In this document: positions 63,983 to 64,000 of the stretch, in pieces | How the letters are laid out: each line of letters starts with the position of its first letter | How positions within the stretch are numbered: the first letter of the stretch is position 1 | From: a virus | Direction: 5' to 3' (one strand) | DNA: 64,000 nucleotides | Virus record (IMG/VR): IMGVR_UViG_3300042482_000285 | Notes under the pieces: generated by a model | What the model was told of the DNA's origin: nothing | Seen by the model: the letters and a program-made list of their open reading frames with translations, nothing else | Databases searched by the model: none | Position numbers and translations under genes: made by a program

Positions 63983-64000
63983 ATGTTCGTTAGATTGTAC

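Noticed and set aside
1-64000. tRNA genes, integrase/attachment sites, lysis cassette
   Set aside because: No cloverleaf-compatible 70-90-nt segments with conserved GTTC/TTCGA features were spotted in the few intergenic regions. No tyrosine- or serine-recombinase or holin/endolysin-like ORFs occur. Absence is by-eye only.

Overview
The window is a contiguous, almost entirely plus-strand virion morphogenesis block of a large tailed phage. No replication, lysis, integrase, tRNA or CRISPR features were seen. At the 3' end sits a tightly coupled sugar-modification operon.

Gene order is: a large portal-like protein, an SPFH/band-7 domain protein, an acidic scaffold-like protein, and the major capsid protein followed by stacked terminator hairpins. 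Small head and fibre proteins follow, several with Cys-rich N-termini and poly-Thr/Ser linkers, and a tail-collar-domain fibre. A new transcription unit follows, starting with a metallophosphoesterase. Further on there is a 1871-aa Thr-linker structural protein, then several large cargo-like proteins (1016, 881, 1562 aa). Among them is a 3870-aa giant protein with a beta-prime/Rpb1-like DFDxDxMN catalytic motif, read as a crAss-like virion RNA polymerase. The last structural gene is a 3390-aa tail fibre. It has an N-terminal adapter motif, two collagen-like Gly-X-Y tracts, about 2400 aa of Ser-rich 14-15-aa Hep_Hag/YadA-like beta-roll repeats, and a C-terminal S74 intramolecular-chaperone auto-cleavage domain.

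The most notable region is 57.7-64 kb. It encodes a GT9-like heptosyltransferase, a sulfotransferase, an APS kinase, a cupin, a HAD-like phosphatase and a split HldE (heptose-7-P kinase plus heptose-1-P adenylyltransferase). It also encodes the ADP-heptose 6-epimerase HldD, a NadM-like nucleotidyltransferase, a DUF2061 membrane protein and, on the opposite strand, a TibC/AAH-like autotransporter-type protein O-heptosyltransferase.

My main hypothesis is that the phage makes its own ADP-heptose (and PAPS) and O-heptosylates, possibly also sulfates, its Ser-rich beta-roll tail fibre. This is analogous to AIDA-I/TibA glycosylation and appears to be an undescribed phage system.

Several intergenic TTTG-N19-21-TAnnTTTG boxes and the RNAP-containing giant protein point to a Bacteroidota crAss-like host and lineage, but this is inference. 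All homology calls come from motif recognition by eye and remembered family consensus, not from searches.
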